From contig NMRA01000931.1 of assembly GCA_002633005.1 (NCBI GenBank), positions 28,721 to 92,720 on the forward strand: a DNA stretch of 64,000 nt. Reading direction: 5' to 3'. This DNA comes from Phoronis australis (taxonomy: Eukaryota > Animalia > Phoronida). Under the pieces are notes generated by a model. It had not been told where the DNA came from. It saw only the letters and a list, made by a program, of their open reading frames with translations, and ran no database searches. The position numbers and the translations under genes were made by a program. Numbering within the stretch: the stretch's first letter is position 1; every line of letters begins with the position of its first letter. Below, piece by piece: positions 11,800-25,114 of the stretch.

Positions 11800-14700
11800 G
11801 GAATTACCCATCGTGGAATGCGTCCCTCAACGTACGCTTTCATTACGGAGCCTACGTGTATATTTTTGGTATGGGACAGCGCAGGCTGTGGAACAGTATC
11901 TATCATGTTTCACTTTTGTAATATTACAGGGGTTCAGTTTAGCATTTCCGACTGAACACTAACTCGTCAACTGCGACTGACAAAATCTTGTTCGTACGGC
12001 AGAAATCACAACAGAGTCACGCCGCATCGTGTTTTACCTCCCTAGATGTTTATTACCCGCGTATTTGCATATAGGGATGCTGTGCCCATGTATTACAGTT
12101 ATGTTACATTGGACTTGGACCTGTTTTTGTGTCTCTTGTTACCTGTTTATTTAATTAAGGAATGTGAGGTTGTTTGAATATTTATGTTGTTTTCGTTTTG
12201 GCGTATTTTTCACTTCTGGAACCAGGGTCTAATTTCCGGACTCAATTCTGGCTGGTGTTGAAATGTAATCAGTCACGCTGCACGATTCGAGTGCATGCCA
12301 TCGTTCAGTTTTCGAGTCGACCTTCGAATAAAAAGATTACACCCTGGCCCTGGTGTCGATAAGGGCTGTTCAATTGTACGTAAAAACGAAAATCAATCAT
12401 TAATATGCATGACTTGTTTATAGCTTGTGAATTGACATTGCTATTGCGCGTTAATATCGTCTATCATTTGTTATGCTCTAGCATAACCATATTCTTGAAC
12501 ATTCTTCATTTAAAAAGTCACGTTAAACTTTGATGTACACGTATTTCAAGTGAAGTGACCTTGTCGTATTCTACATCGACTAAAATTTGTTCTGTGACAA
12601 ACCGTTTCTCACCGGTGCCGCAGAACTCTCACCACGATGAGGAACCCTTGCCACCCTCTACTATCACTCAGCTACCACGTCGGTTTACGTATTTCGGTCT
12701 CACACAAGCCCTTTTTAGAGACAAATAGCTTATGGCGGTGTTTTGGTATGTCGGTATACAACGGCCACTGCCCTGTAGTTTCTGAACTTCGGTCACTTTC
12801 ACATGGTAAAGTGCTCGAGTCAGTGGCTTGAAATCAGGCTCTGTGGCAAGGGATTCTTGTACGTAGTGAGATATGTTGTCTGTGGTAAAGGTGTGGTCGT
12901 GGTAACCGTTTGATTGCCTGGCCTGCCTAATGCAGTTAACAATGTCATTTGTCTGGAGTACAGACACCTTGGTGAACACAACGTTCAAACGTATCCGCAT
13001 GTGTTGAAGCTGAAAGAAAACCACCTTTTGCAAAACGTTAAGGATTTTGAGTTAGATCACTTACTGGCTTATAAAACTGTTCTCGCCGTGTTCCTTTTAG
13101 TATGTGATTTTGGGGCATGGAAATAACCCAGAGATATAGCAGTTGGTTCAAACGACACTAGAAAGAGTTTTTGGCTGGACCTGGCTGGTTGTGTAGTGCA
13201 CCAAATCTAGACCCAAGCAACTGGCGGCCAGCTCTTTAAACTCAAGACGTCACGTCTACATTAACTTGGGAAAACGTCGGACATCTGTTGTATGGACGTT
13301 TTATATCGAAGTTTTGTTGATTTTGTGTCATATCGGGTGAAGTCCAACGTGCGACTTTCCACAGTACATTGTCAGAGGCGAGAAGCAATATACTTCCTAA
13401 GTGTTGCTCGATAGGTGGCTCTTGTTGAACCCGCGCATATGATGGTCTGCCAGGCGGGATTTGGTTAAGATTAGTTATTTGTGTAGAACCTGTGTGAAAA
13501 TATCTGGTAAATAAAAGTCTTAAAACAAAAGCTTTGTTTTAGGATCTTGATGAACCTTGTATGTGCTTTAAAAATGAATTAAAACATGATTTCAAACACG
13601 GAAATGCAACGGTACCTATATCAGTTGTAATCAGGAAACGACGCAAAACGATAATGGAATTTCTCACACAAAATTCGTGTGGGTGACATTATTGGCGCCA
13701 AGTTAGTTATGTGACGAAATCTAAATCAAAACAGTTCCTTAAGAAAACATAACAAAACTTTCAAACTTCGCACAATAAACTCAGTGTCACTCGTTGGCAT
13801 AAGGTAGACTAAGCAAGGCGAGACTCTTCAGAATTTAGCTGGCGATGTCTCGGGAAAGGTTAGTCCGTAAGAATGTACTAAGACGGTGCAAATGCCATTC
13901 AGTCCTAGAAACTACTAAGAAAAATCAAGACCTTCACTCTTTTCACGGATTGATTTAGTTTTCATCTAGACATTCGAATTCTCGCACGGAAATTCCATAT
14001 AAGCCTTGTCGTAGATATTGTGATAGAGAAACAGAATTCAGAAGTAATGAGCAAAAATGTTCAGTGACGACAATTAGTATTCAGTTTTTCTATCAACAAT
14101 GTTTGATAATACGAAATCTGGCGTCTCATTGCATTGCTGTGTCTCGGACGCGAAGTCTCACAACTGGCGTTATCACCCGTTTTTACTTATTTTGGTCAAC
14201 TTGGAATTTCATGCGTCATATCAGGAGGGCGTTACCAGTAAAGGAAAACTCGATAGAGTTTTCGCGCACTTTAACGGGCTTTCAAATGTAAATCAAAAAC
14301 GACATGTTCTAGAGCTTGGCAATGCAAGCATCGTTAAGTTGAAATCTTTGCCTAAAAATGCACCGTCTTGTCCCTGAAGATCAGACGAGTAGCACTGACG
14401 TGCTTTGAATATAACTTGTTTTACCCTTACAAAATCCAGCTCTTCACAGGTGAAATTCCGACAAGCGTTTTGAATTCGGTGACTTCATAAATTACGGCCC
14501 TCTGGTTGGTCATCTCTTCATCATGCCCACTCTAGACTATATTAACTACATAGTACAGGTGTGACATAAAAGTGACATTTTGCCAATAAATAGCATCTTT
14601 TAGTTTCAGGACAACCATGGATACTTGCTCGTTTATAGCATTACCATTACATTGGGCCGGACAATATGACGAGCTTTCGGAAACGCCGGTATAACCTGAT

Positions 14701-17700
14701 ATGCGACCGAAACTGTATTTGACTAGAGCGCCATCTATCTATACCTCTACAATATACCCAAGTAGCGTTCCGTAAACCAAGTTTCTTATGAAAAAAGCAA
14801 TATCTTTCAATACCCCGCCAAATCACGCTAGCTTGTTTCACGAAAATGCTCATGAGCTTAATAACTAGTCTGTCCTAGTAAAATGCTGGTCAATGAAGAA
14901 GCAGGTTGGTGAGCTTGGAATTCTGATTTGTTGAATGAAAATTCATGAATTACTGGGATAAAATCTGTTGCACTCGTTACATAAGCGAAGATTTTTCGCG
15001 CAAATGCAAGCTATGTCTTGGGTCTGCGAAACTCAACGCAAGACGCGTATGGGAATTTCCGCTTTCTAAAAGCATAATAACGTTGTTATGGGAAACACAT
15101 TACGAAGAAACGGGTCGCGTTCTGTGGCCAAAGATCTACTCTTTCTCATGGCAAAGGTTGACATATTTCTCAATAATACTGAACCGCAAGTTCCTTCGAA
15201 AAAATATTAAAAAATCGTTGTTTATAGGCACTTGACCCTTCCTTTGTCTTCCTTGTCATACCCAATATACAGTATGCGACATAAGAAAATACACGCGAAG
15301 TGTTCTCTTGTGTTTTCCTAACATGTACATGTATAAGAAGACCAGCGACTCTCAGTTGATAGAGGACAGTGACGTGCGAGTGTGGCCAAGAGACTGACTA
15401 AAATCAAAACTTAAGTTGTTTTCATTTGGATAGCTGAGGGGAGCACTCCACGATATTTGTAACCCACGAATTAATTTACGTCTCTAGTTTTGTTAGAAAG
15501 TGGTCGGCGACAGCTGGGCATTTTTTTAATTACACTGCGTGATGAGACCACTCACAAATTACATTTGCTCAAGTTTATCTTTGAGCCAGATCAGAATGAA
15601 AGGACACAAGTTGTTTGTCTTCTTTGTATGCATTTCACTCCTCAATCGTGCCTCATTGGCTAGAGTGCCAAACAAGTGATCGGATGTTGAAATCCAGCAG
15701 GAAAATCCAATAACTCTCTGACACTTCGAATTGTCTAAATTCTTCACCATCCAAGCTTTATATTCCAGATATTTTTGACAGTTCGAATGCACTGGCAAGG
15801 TGGTTTTGTAGTGAACTTTTGCTCATTTTACGTATCTGCCTCCAATCACGAAGTAGTAGTAAAATGGAAAACGAAATTTCTCTTTGAAATCTCTTTTATT
15901 AGACTTGTGTTTTTAGGGTGTTCGGGCCCATCATATTCTTAATAATTTTTAGCTTTTGCAAACCTTGTGGAAATGAAAGGTAGGGGCCGAGAAGACATGT
16001 TTTTTTTTCAGCCGCAAACCATCAAAAACTGACGAGTGCCACTGAGCCGTGACCCGGCATTGAAGATGAACGCTCCGCTGTTACTGACGCGAGAGCCTGA
16101 GAAAAACTTGCGCACCAGTTCTGGGGGGCGCGTACGTGTACACGTATCTCACTCACACTCAGAAGAAGCCTGACGCGCGAAATCAATGCGAAAACCTGTG
16201 GAGAACTGTGGGTAGTCACGTCGAAGGAGAATGGCAAGCGTAGTATATCTGCATCCGTGATGTAATATGGTGGCCCCGAGAACGCAAATCAGGTGAGCAC
16301 TGGTCACGATATTTACAAAAACATCCAATGCTCATGAACCTGCAGGCATCATGTACGAGTATAAAATCCACTCTGTAATAAAACAGGATATTTCGAAAAT
16401 AAATGCAACCGCTAACCCACATTCAGAGAGGTTCCGTCTGAACATACTTCCAGGAAACTTGTACCAAAGAAAGTGAACACTTTATTTTACTTTATTTCAA
16501 AACCCCTTTGATCCAGTTGATCGGATGAATTTTAGACAACAGATTCGCAAATCTAGGCCTAGAAAAGCATTTCAGCATTGAAAAGTCGTTCAGCTTTTTC
16601 CTTTAGCAGAATTCTTGGTATCGTGAGTAATTTTGGCAATGATTCAGGAAGTAGAAGTGTCACAGTACATACCGGAAGTAAACCAGGATAACTTGAATGA
16701 CGACGCGCAAGATCACAGATCTCATGCAATGGGAATACACATAGACGGTGGTTAATCTGTGGTCAAATGTTCCCCTTGTCCGTAACACGTCAACTGATCT
16801 GTACTTTTTGTGTTCAGTTTTGGATCTCCGTACTCATCTCAGTGAACATAGTAATAGGTAACCAGTAGACTTCCTATATAAAAGCTCGCCATAGACATCA
16901 TTCGTTTGAAAAACGGAACATCTCTCAAACCTTCCGGGTAACGTTAACACAGATATTGCCAATCCCGCGGCGTCAGTTGCTTGTGCACAGGGTGCCCTAA
17001 AAATGTTCACGAAAACTATTCCAAAATTGGAGATCTTAAAGTTTGGTTTCAATAGTGCTTACAAATTAGAAAAGCTGTCACAGTTGACTCTGACTTTAGA
17101 GAACAAAAACTTCTGAGTTTTCTCAGTTGGCGTCAAACACTCATTGCCGTCACTACAGCAAGGATATTGAAGAAATTTAATGAATCTGATACCCCAAGGG
17201 GGATAACGGTTAAAGAATCGTTTCTACATTTTCAGCAATCTAGATCTGATTCGAACGTAGCACGCCATAGTTCAAGCTCATTTGTTGCACTCGTGCTGCC
17301 TTGTCTTACGCGAAGGCTGTAACTAACACTTTTTCAGAGTCTATTGAGGAAACTCGTTCGCCATTTCAATTGTGGCATGATGTATCCTAACTGTCGTGTT
17401 ATGCCAGCGAAACTTTGGCAATATTGGAATACAAAAACACCGTTAAAGTAGATTTATTCCGGCTTGTAAACATGCAACTGGCCTTTACAGAAATATAAAA
17501 GACACACACGATGATTCAGTGTTAGTCCCCACCTGATGTATTTGAATTCAGAAGCAGGAAAATTTATTTTGTGCTTTCAGTAAAACAGCAGTAATTACGC
17601 CAGCACCTTTTACTTCAAACAATAACGAAGACATTGTCTTCTGCTTTCGAATCACGAATGATAGCAACCTGACAACCACGCCTGTGAATATGGTTAAACT

Positions 17701-18214
17701 CTACATTTGGATATTAATTGTTTAGTTTCTTGAAAAAATACTCAAATTTATCACAAGAATCTTCAAGAACTGGTATTTAAGTATTCAGAGATTCAAATTT
17801 TTGAAGGTATCTTTTGCCGCTCTTGTCGAGCGGTGAACATCGTCTGCGACCAACTCACGATCATCGCGCAGTGGGAACTCAAATGGCTATACCGCCTCAA
17901 CGCCATCTTGAGGCTGGGGGACGAGGCTGCGCCCCAGGCTGCTAATGTTATTGTTCTCTAGATAATTAGACCCACCAAAACACAATGGGGGCGACAATAA
18001 AGTTTTTAAGTTTTCGTTTTGAAAGATTTTAAATTGCATGTTTAAACATTTCGTGAAAAGTACACGGGATTGGGTTTTTGATTTTGAAAATCCGACAAGA
18101 AATGTGGCTTTTACAATCTAACAAAAACGTTTGCATAATGTGCCCATATTATGCTCCTAATTAATCCTGCTGGGTGTGTAACACCATTGAGCGGGCATCA
18201 GTTGGATTTTGACA

Positions 18215-18378
18215 GAGGCCGCCGGATTAAGAGGGGGGCCGAGGAGACAATGCCTCCCTAAAATTCTCCCAGATTCCATTTGGCATTTCGGGGGTGCGAA
18301 TGTCTGTCCGGAAACTCCTGGCTAATACTCTGCCCTGCGCCCCCCTCCCACTATCTCAAAATCCTGGATCCGCCCCTG
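18215..18378 (+). mobile_element. Short non-autonomous element with a GGATCCGCCCCTG terminus (MITE-like); copies at ~21997-22156 (+) and ~44250-44392 (-)
   Basis: Internal sequence CTCCCAGATTCCATTTGGCA…GGGTGCGAATGTCTG…CCTGGCTAATACTCTGCCCTG is found in reverse complement at 44250-44392, which starts CAGGGGCGGATTCAGGATTTTGAG. Confidence 0.75.
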
Positions 18379-18613
18379 TTTGGGTAAGATGGATGGTTTC
18401 GATGTACAGTAACAGAAATAGGAGCTGTCATTACGAGACCAATTTTATAAGAGCAATAGGCTTAATTCAGTTCTTGTGTTTTTAACCAGCTTAATTAAGC
18501 GAAATTTACCTTTAAATTAACGTTAGCGACCACATTAATTTTCACGTCGCCTGATCAGTTTATCTTTGGGTGCCCCAGCTTAGATTTCGTTAGGTGATCC
18601 GAAACTAGGTCAT

Positions 18614-18640
18614 CTATTGGAGCAGGAAACATAAATACAC
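18614..18640 (+). promoter_or_regulatory. Putative AIF1-A core promoter (inverted CCAAT, ETS-type GGAA, TATA-like CATAAATA); duplicated at ~22401-22427
   Basis: CTATTGGAGCAGGAAACATAAATACAC lies ~65-90 nt upstream of the ATG at 18703. Confidence 0.5.
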
Positions 18641-18702
18641 TATTCGACATCGCTGAAAACATTACCAGCCACAATAACTGAGCAGCGAACAGACGTATCA
18701 TT

Positions 18703-18715
18703 ATGGACTACCAAG
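18703..18715 (+). CDS. AIF1: AIF1-A first coding exon (MDYQ-G), duplicate copy 1
   Basis: ATGGACTACCAAG|gtaaat, phase 1, splices to GTGGGAAG at 32002 giving MDYQGGKAYG. Paralogous to ATGGATTTTCAAG|gt at 54821. Confidence 0.75.
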
Positions 18716-19989
18716 GTAAATTTTATTTAACGTAGTACATTTCGAGATATGCATTCCATTCATTAGCGGCGCTGCTTTCCCTAGTGAAACGGTGCCCGTC
18801 GACTATCTATAGATTGCACGCAGTCCAATTTTTTTTTGACAGGCATGACCAATTTTGACATTTTTCTCAATTGTGTCTTCAAAATTGCAAATTTGTAATA
18901 AAATCAAGGTTTTGTATTGCTGCCAGTGTAGAAATATGCAATAGGATTTCAAACGCTAGTTTTCGTGATATCCGGTTTCATTTGATGATTTGCTTTTATA
19001 GCTCAAGTGCATGACTGAGACAGGTGGCCGGAGTCCGACCCACGAATTAAGGTGTGCCTCGTAGGCTGTGTCAGTCCGCGTGTTTCCGCACTATCACTGA
19101 CAGTATACTGTATCTCAACTCAGTGGAAACTGTGCTTTAGAGTTCAGAAACCGTGTGATTCCAAAATAGACCAACTCCAATAGACCAATGCCAATTTAGA
19201 TCGTAATTAAGCTGTTCAGTTAGAAATTAGGAATTAAAAGTTTTCGTTGTTTGAGGCTAGGCTCCAAGATTGGTTCTTTACAGGTTTAGGACCATTACAA
19301 AATGGTTTCAACTTGTTCATCGGTGCTTATATTGACTTCCGAACTCAGTCTGTTGATTAATTGTTTTACACAATCCTGGGCACCTTTTCGAAGAGTCAAT
19401 AAATAACATGAGCACAAAAGCTTGTTTTCCTGGTTCTTTTGATTGTTTTGGCCTTCAGTCGGCTCCCGAACCGTGACTCAAGCTGCCGTGTCGGATTTAT
19501 GTCTTTTTGGCTTCCAGTTGGAGACAGATTTTCTGACTTTTAAAGCCTTAACGTGATTTTATGAAACAGGCACCGGCCACAGAAGTCGAGAAACAGTCCA
19601 TTGGGCACATCATGGCCAGCTGTGTTAAGCTAATTTATTCAGTTTAACTTGACGACCATTAGCGGTCTGTCAATTTTTCCCAACCGAAGAAACTATCTCG
19701 TTCGGTAAAAACAAATTCGAGACACACTTTGAACGGGACGTTGCCTGAATGAGTACAGTTTTGACTGATCAAAAAATGAACCGTCAACCCTCTTGCAGTA
19801 GGTCAAGCCGGCTACGTCCGAACTTGAAACTGGAATGAATGAAGCTAGCGGTGACGAAGCTTCCCATTCTTCGACCATGAGTTATTGGTAATCTAAGTTG
19901 TAGTATTAATGAAAAAGAAACAAAAACAATGGGTTTCAGCCAAAAAGGATTATCAAAGATGACGCTGCTTGATGTACAGGCTTTAAACT

Positions 19990-20237
19990 NNNNNNNNNNN
20001 NNNNNNNNNNNNNNNNNNNNNNNNNNNNNNNNNNNNNNNNNNNNNNNNNNNNNNNNNNNNNNNNNNNNNNNNNNNNNNNNNNNNNNNNNNNNNNNNNNNN
20101 NNNNNNNNNNNNNNNNNNNNNNNNNNNNNNNNNNNNNNNNNNNNNNNNNNNNNNNNNNNNNNNNNNNNNNNNNNNNNNNNNNNNNNNNNNNNNNNNNNNN
20201 NNNNNNNNNNNNNNNNNNNNNNNNNNNNNNNNNNNNN
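19990..20237. other. Assembly gap (N run)
   Basis: Direct reading. Confidence 1.
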
Positions 20238-20656
20238 CCGCCCTGGTTGCGCCTGCTAGTCAGCAATTCGCACCCGAACTCAAAATGGGATCTGATACAA
20301 TTTTAGGCCCCCACCCCCTAAATCCGTAGTCATGAAAACACAGCCTGGCTGGCCCATTCTCCGGTTGTTACTATGATGCTTAGGAACAACTGACCGACAT
20401 GCGACAAAATATGATCTAACTTTTCGAAAACATTTATAAATTTTACACGGACATATTTTGCTTCGTCGCGGCAACGACCCAACGCTTCCGAATCTCAACG
20501 TCTGTAGAGATTGTGAACCAGACAGTTGCATGTCCGTATTTTTTCTTGCCGTTCGCGGAACAACACGGTCTGAAGCACAGAACTATGACGATAAGCTAAC
20601 AGAGCATCGTAGCGAGCCTCGTTTTGGAATGCGCCTCCTGTCGGCGTGAATAGGGT

Positions 20657-23600
20657 CTATAAAGGCTCGCTTTAGACATCATTCGTGTGAAAAACGGAAC
20701 ATCTCTCAAACCTTCCGGGTAACGTTAACACAGATATTGCCAATCCCGCGGCGTTAGTTGCTTGTGCACAGGGTGCCCTAAAAATGTTCACGAAAACTAT
20801 TCCAAAATTGGAGATCTCGAAGTTTGTTTTCAATAGTGCTTACAAATTAGAAAAGCTGTCACAGTTGACTCTGACTTTAGAGAACAAAAACTTCCGAGTT
20901 TTCTCAGTTTGCGTCAAACACTCATTACCGTCACTACAGCACGGATATTGAAGAAATTTAATGAATCTGATACCCCAGGGGGGATAACAGTTAAAGAATC
21001 GTTTCTACATTTTCAGCAATCTGATTCGAACGTAGCACGCCATAGTTCAAGCTCAGAAGTGTCACTCGTGCTGCCTTGTCTTACGCGAAGGCTGTAACTA
21101 AAACTTCAGTTTTCAGAGTCTATTGAAGAAAATCGTTCGCCATTTCAAATGTGGCATGATGTATCCTAACTGCCGTGTTATGCCAGCGAATCTTTGGCAA
21201 TATTGGAATACGAAAACACCGTTAAAGTAGATTTATTCCGGCTTGTAAACATGCCACTGGCCTTTACAGAAATAAAAAAGACACACACGGTGATTCAGTG
21301 TTAGTCCCCACCTGATGTATTTGAATTCAGAAGCAGGAAAATTTATTTTGCGCTTTCAGTAAAACAACAGTAATTACGCCAGCACCTTTTACTTCAAACG
21401 ATAACGAAGACATTGTCTTCTGCTTTCGAATCACGAATGATAGCAACCTGACAACCACGCCTGTGAATATGGTTAAACTCTACATTTGGATATTAATTCT
21501 TTAGTTTCTTGAAAAAATACTCAAATTTATCACAAGAATCTTCAAGAACTGGTATTTAAGTATTCAGAGATTCAAATTTTTGAAGGTATATTTTGTCGCT
21601 CTTGTCGAGCGGTGAACATCGCCTGCGACCAACTCACGATCATCGCGCAGTGGGAACTCAAATGGCTATACCGCCTCAACGCCATCTTGAGGCTGGGGGA
21701 CGAGGCTGCGCCCCAGGCTGCTAATGTTATTGTTCTCTAGATAATTAGACCCTCCAAAACACAATGGGGGCGACAATAAAGTTTTTAAGTTTTCGCTTTG
21801 AAAGATTTTAAATTGCATGTTTAAGCATTTCGTGAAAAGTACACGGGATTGGGTTTTTGATTTTGAAAATCCGACAAGAAATGTGGCTTTTACAATCTAA
21901 CAAAAATGCTTGCATAATGTGCCCATATTATGCTCCTATTCAATTCTGCTGGGTGTGTAACACCACTGAGCGGGCATCAGTTGGATTTTGACAGAGAGGC
22001 CGGATTAAGAGGAGGGGCCGAGGGGACGATGCCTCCCTAAAATTCTCCCAGATTCCATTTGGCAGTTCGGGAGTGCGAATGTCTGTCCGGAAAATCCTGG
22101 TTAATACTCTGCCCTGCGTCCCCCTCCCACTATCTCAAAATCCTGGATCCGCTCTTGTTTGGGTAAGACAATTGTATGGATGGTTTCGATGTACAGTAAC
22201 AGAAATAGGAGCTGTCATTACGAGACCAATTTTATAAGAGCAATAGGATTCATTCAGTTCTTGTGTTTTTAGCCAGCTTAATTAAGCGAAATTTACCTTT
22301 AAATTAACGTTAGCGACCACATTAATTTTCACGTCGCCTGATCAGTTTATCTTTGGGTGCCCCAGCTTAGATTTCGTTAGGTGATCCGAAACTAGGTCAT
22401 CTATTGGAGCAGGAAACATAAATACACTATTCAACATCGCTGAAAACATTACCAGCCACAATAACTGAGCAGCGAACAGACGTATCATTATGGACTACCA
22501 AGGTAAATTTTATTTAACGTAGTACATTTCGAAATATGCATTCCATTCATTAGCGGCGCTGCTTTCCCCAGTGAAACGGTGGCCGTCGACTATCTAGATT
22601 GCACGCAGTCCAAGTTTTTTTTTTTGACAGGCATGACCAATTTTGACATTTTTCTCAATTGTGTCTTCAAAATTGCAAATTTGTAATAAAATCAAGGTTT
22701 TGTATTGCTGCCAGTGTAGAAATTTGCAATAGGATTTCAAACGCTAGTTTTCATGATAGCCGGTTTCATTTGATGATGTGCTTTTAGTGAGCTCAAGTGC
22801 GGCATGACTGAGACAGGTGGCCGGAGTCCGCCGACCCACGAATTCAGGTGTGCCTCATAGACTGTGTCAGTCCGCGTGTTTCCGCACTATCACTGACAGT
22901 ATACTGTATCTCAACTCAGTGGAAACTGTGCCTTAGAGTTCAGAAACCGTGTGATTCCAAAATAGACCAACTCCAATAGACCAATGCCAATTTAGATCGT
23001 AATTAAGCTGCTCAGTCAGAAATTAGGAAAGTTTTCGTTGTTTGAGGCTAGGTTCCAAGATTGGTTCTTTATATGTTTAGAACCATTACAAAATGGTTTC
23101 AACTTGTTCATCGGTGCTTATATTGACTTCCGAACTCAGTCTGTTGATTAATTGTTTTTACACAATCCTGGGCACCTTTTCGAAGAGTCAATAAATAACC
23201 TGAGCACAAAAGCTTGTTTTCCTGGTTCTTTTGATTGTTTTGGCCTTCAGTCGGCTCCCGAACCGTGACTCAAGCTGCCGTGTCTGATTTATGTCTTTTT
23301 GGCTTCCAGTTGGAGACAGATTTTCTTAACGTGATTTTACGAAACAGGCACCGGCCACAGACTCATGTAGTCGAGAAACAGTCCATATAGGCCTTTCTCA
23401 AAATTTATGCACGACTCACATTCCAATCCCAGAAGGAGGCTAGTACTGACCAGTCTACAGCACAAATAGCCAAAGAATAAACCAAGTAATGTCACTTCAT
23501 CAATATCTTACTGACTAAGAGTTAATAAGAAAGTGGCTAGTGAAGATTTGCAGATACAATGGGCCAACTTTGCAAGTAAATTATGACACAATCTGATATC

Positions 23601-25114
23601 TTCTCTAGTCGCCTTACTCTTTAGTGTATCACCAGTGGCCGTGATGCTTGAATGGCTAGTAACTTTCAAGCACATCATTTCCTAGTAGCACTTTGAACTT
23701 CTCCAAAGTAAAACTTTATTATAAATGAATTATTTCTGGAATTTAAAGAAAATGACAAATTTTGAATGTTCTACTAACTCAGTCTCAAAACCGAGACTTA
23801 ATTCACAGAGACTGCTTGTGTTGTCAGGCTGGACTAAAGACAGTCGTATAGATTTGTATATATTACAGAAAACTGCAGGTTACACACATACCCTCTCAAG
23901 TTCATGAATGAATCATATCACAGTAAAACAAGCAGTCATGCAATGATGCAAACACTGGTGTAACCCCTGACTTTCATAATTTTTACACACTAAAAACCGT
24001 TTTGAACCTGAAAAGTTCAATTTCATGCACCACGTAGATATTCTTATAGTACACGATTGTATATATATATATATGAGTAGTATGTAACCACTTGCTGTAT
24101 TGGAAGTTATACGATGGTATATTAGCAGAGTTGGCAGACCTGGGTGTATTAATTATAGTACCCTTGATGATTTTTTCGCTTTTCTGTAGCTTTAGGATTG
24201 CTGGAGAAAAATTTGTCAGAACGTTTCAATTGCTCAGTAGCAACAGAAAGTAGGAAAATATTGTCCTGGGCAAATCTACAGCCAAACTCACTGGAGAATG
24301 GTGACAAACTCAAAAAGTTCTTCACAGCCTTTAAAACCCTTGTTGGATATAGCTTCTCGTGGCTCAGTGACATGTGTATCGTCACCGTGGACAGGCTCAG
24401 AATATCAGATGTAGCTATACTAAATTGACTTACTAGAACAGGGGGGCAGTGTGATGGCTGATAAAATATTTTTAAATAATAAGATACTCAGTGATAAGGG
24501 TTCAAAACTGAAAATCACTCCATTTCAGAGGAAACACGAAAAAGGTAACAAATAGCCAGTTTGAGAATACATGAAGATAGTCATTAGGCATTTCAAGGAC
24601 AATTAATCAATTGTGTATACACTTCATATTCCTTGAACAATACTGGCTCAGTAAATCAATTGTGGACAGATGCATGTTTTAAGCAAACTTCGGAGGCCCT
24701 ATTGTGAATGAATGATACCATACGTATGGCACATCATGGCCAGCTGTGTTAAGCTAATTTATTCAGTTTAACTTAACGAGCATTAGCGGTCTGTCAATTC
24801 TTCCCAACCGAAGAAACTATCTCGTTCGGTAAAAACAAATTCGAGACACACTTTCAACGGGACGTTGTCTGAATGAGTACAGTTTTGACTGATCAAAAAA
24901 TGAAACGTCAACCCTCTTGCAGTAGGTCAAGCCCAGCTACGTCCGAACTTGAAATTGGAATGAATGAAGCTAGCGGTGACGAAGCTTCCCATTCTTCGAC
25001 CATGAGTTATTGGTAATCTAAGTTGTAGTATTAATGAAAAAGAAACAAAAACAATGGGTTTCAGCCAAATAGGATTATCAAAGATGACGCTGCTTGATGT
25101 ACAGGCTTTAAACT
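20657..25114 (+). repeat. Copy 2 of the duplication, carrying an extra ~1.3-kb insertion
   Basis: Matches copy 1 from CTATAAAGGCTCGC to GGCTTTAAACT, except for the block at 23387-24702 and a further ~23 bp after it. Confidence 0.95.

Larger units (their letters stand above)
16875..19989 (+). repeat. Copy 1 of a ~3.1-kb near-identical direct duplication containing the AIF1-A promoter and exon 1
   Basis: Colinear with 20657-25114, with scattered SNPs and small indels; ends exactly at the N gap (…GGCTTTAAACT|N). Confidence 0.95.

Noticed and set aside
12000-16800. Short ORFs in this interval (and at 25500-27150, 46090-46520, 57600-58500)
   Set aside because: No recognisable domains or consistent splice chains; compatible with random ORFs in UTR, intronic or repeat DNA.
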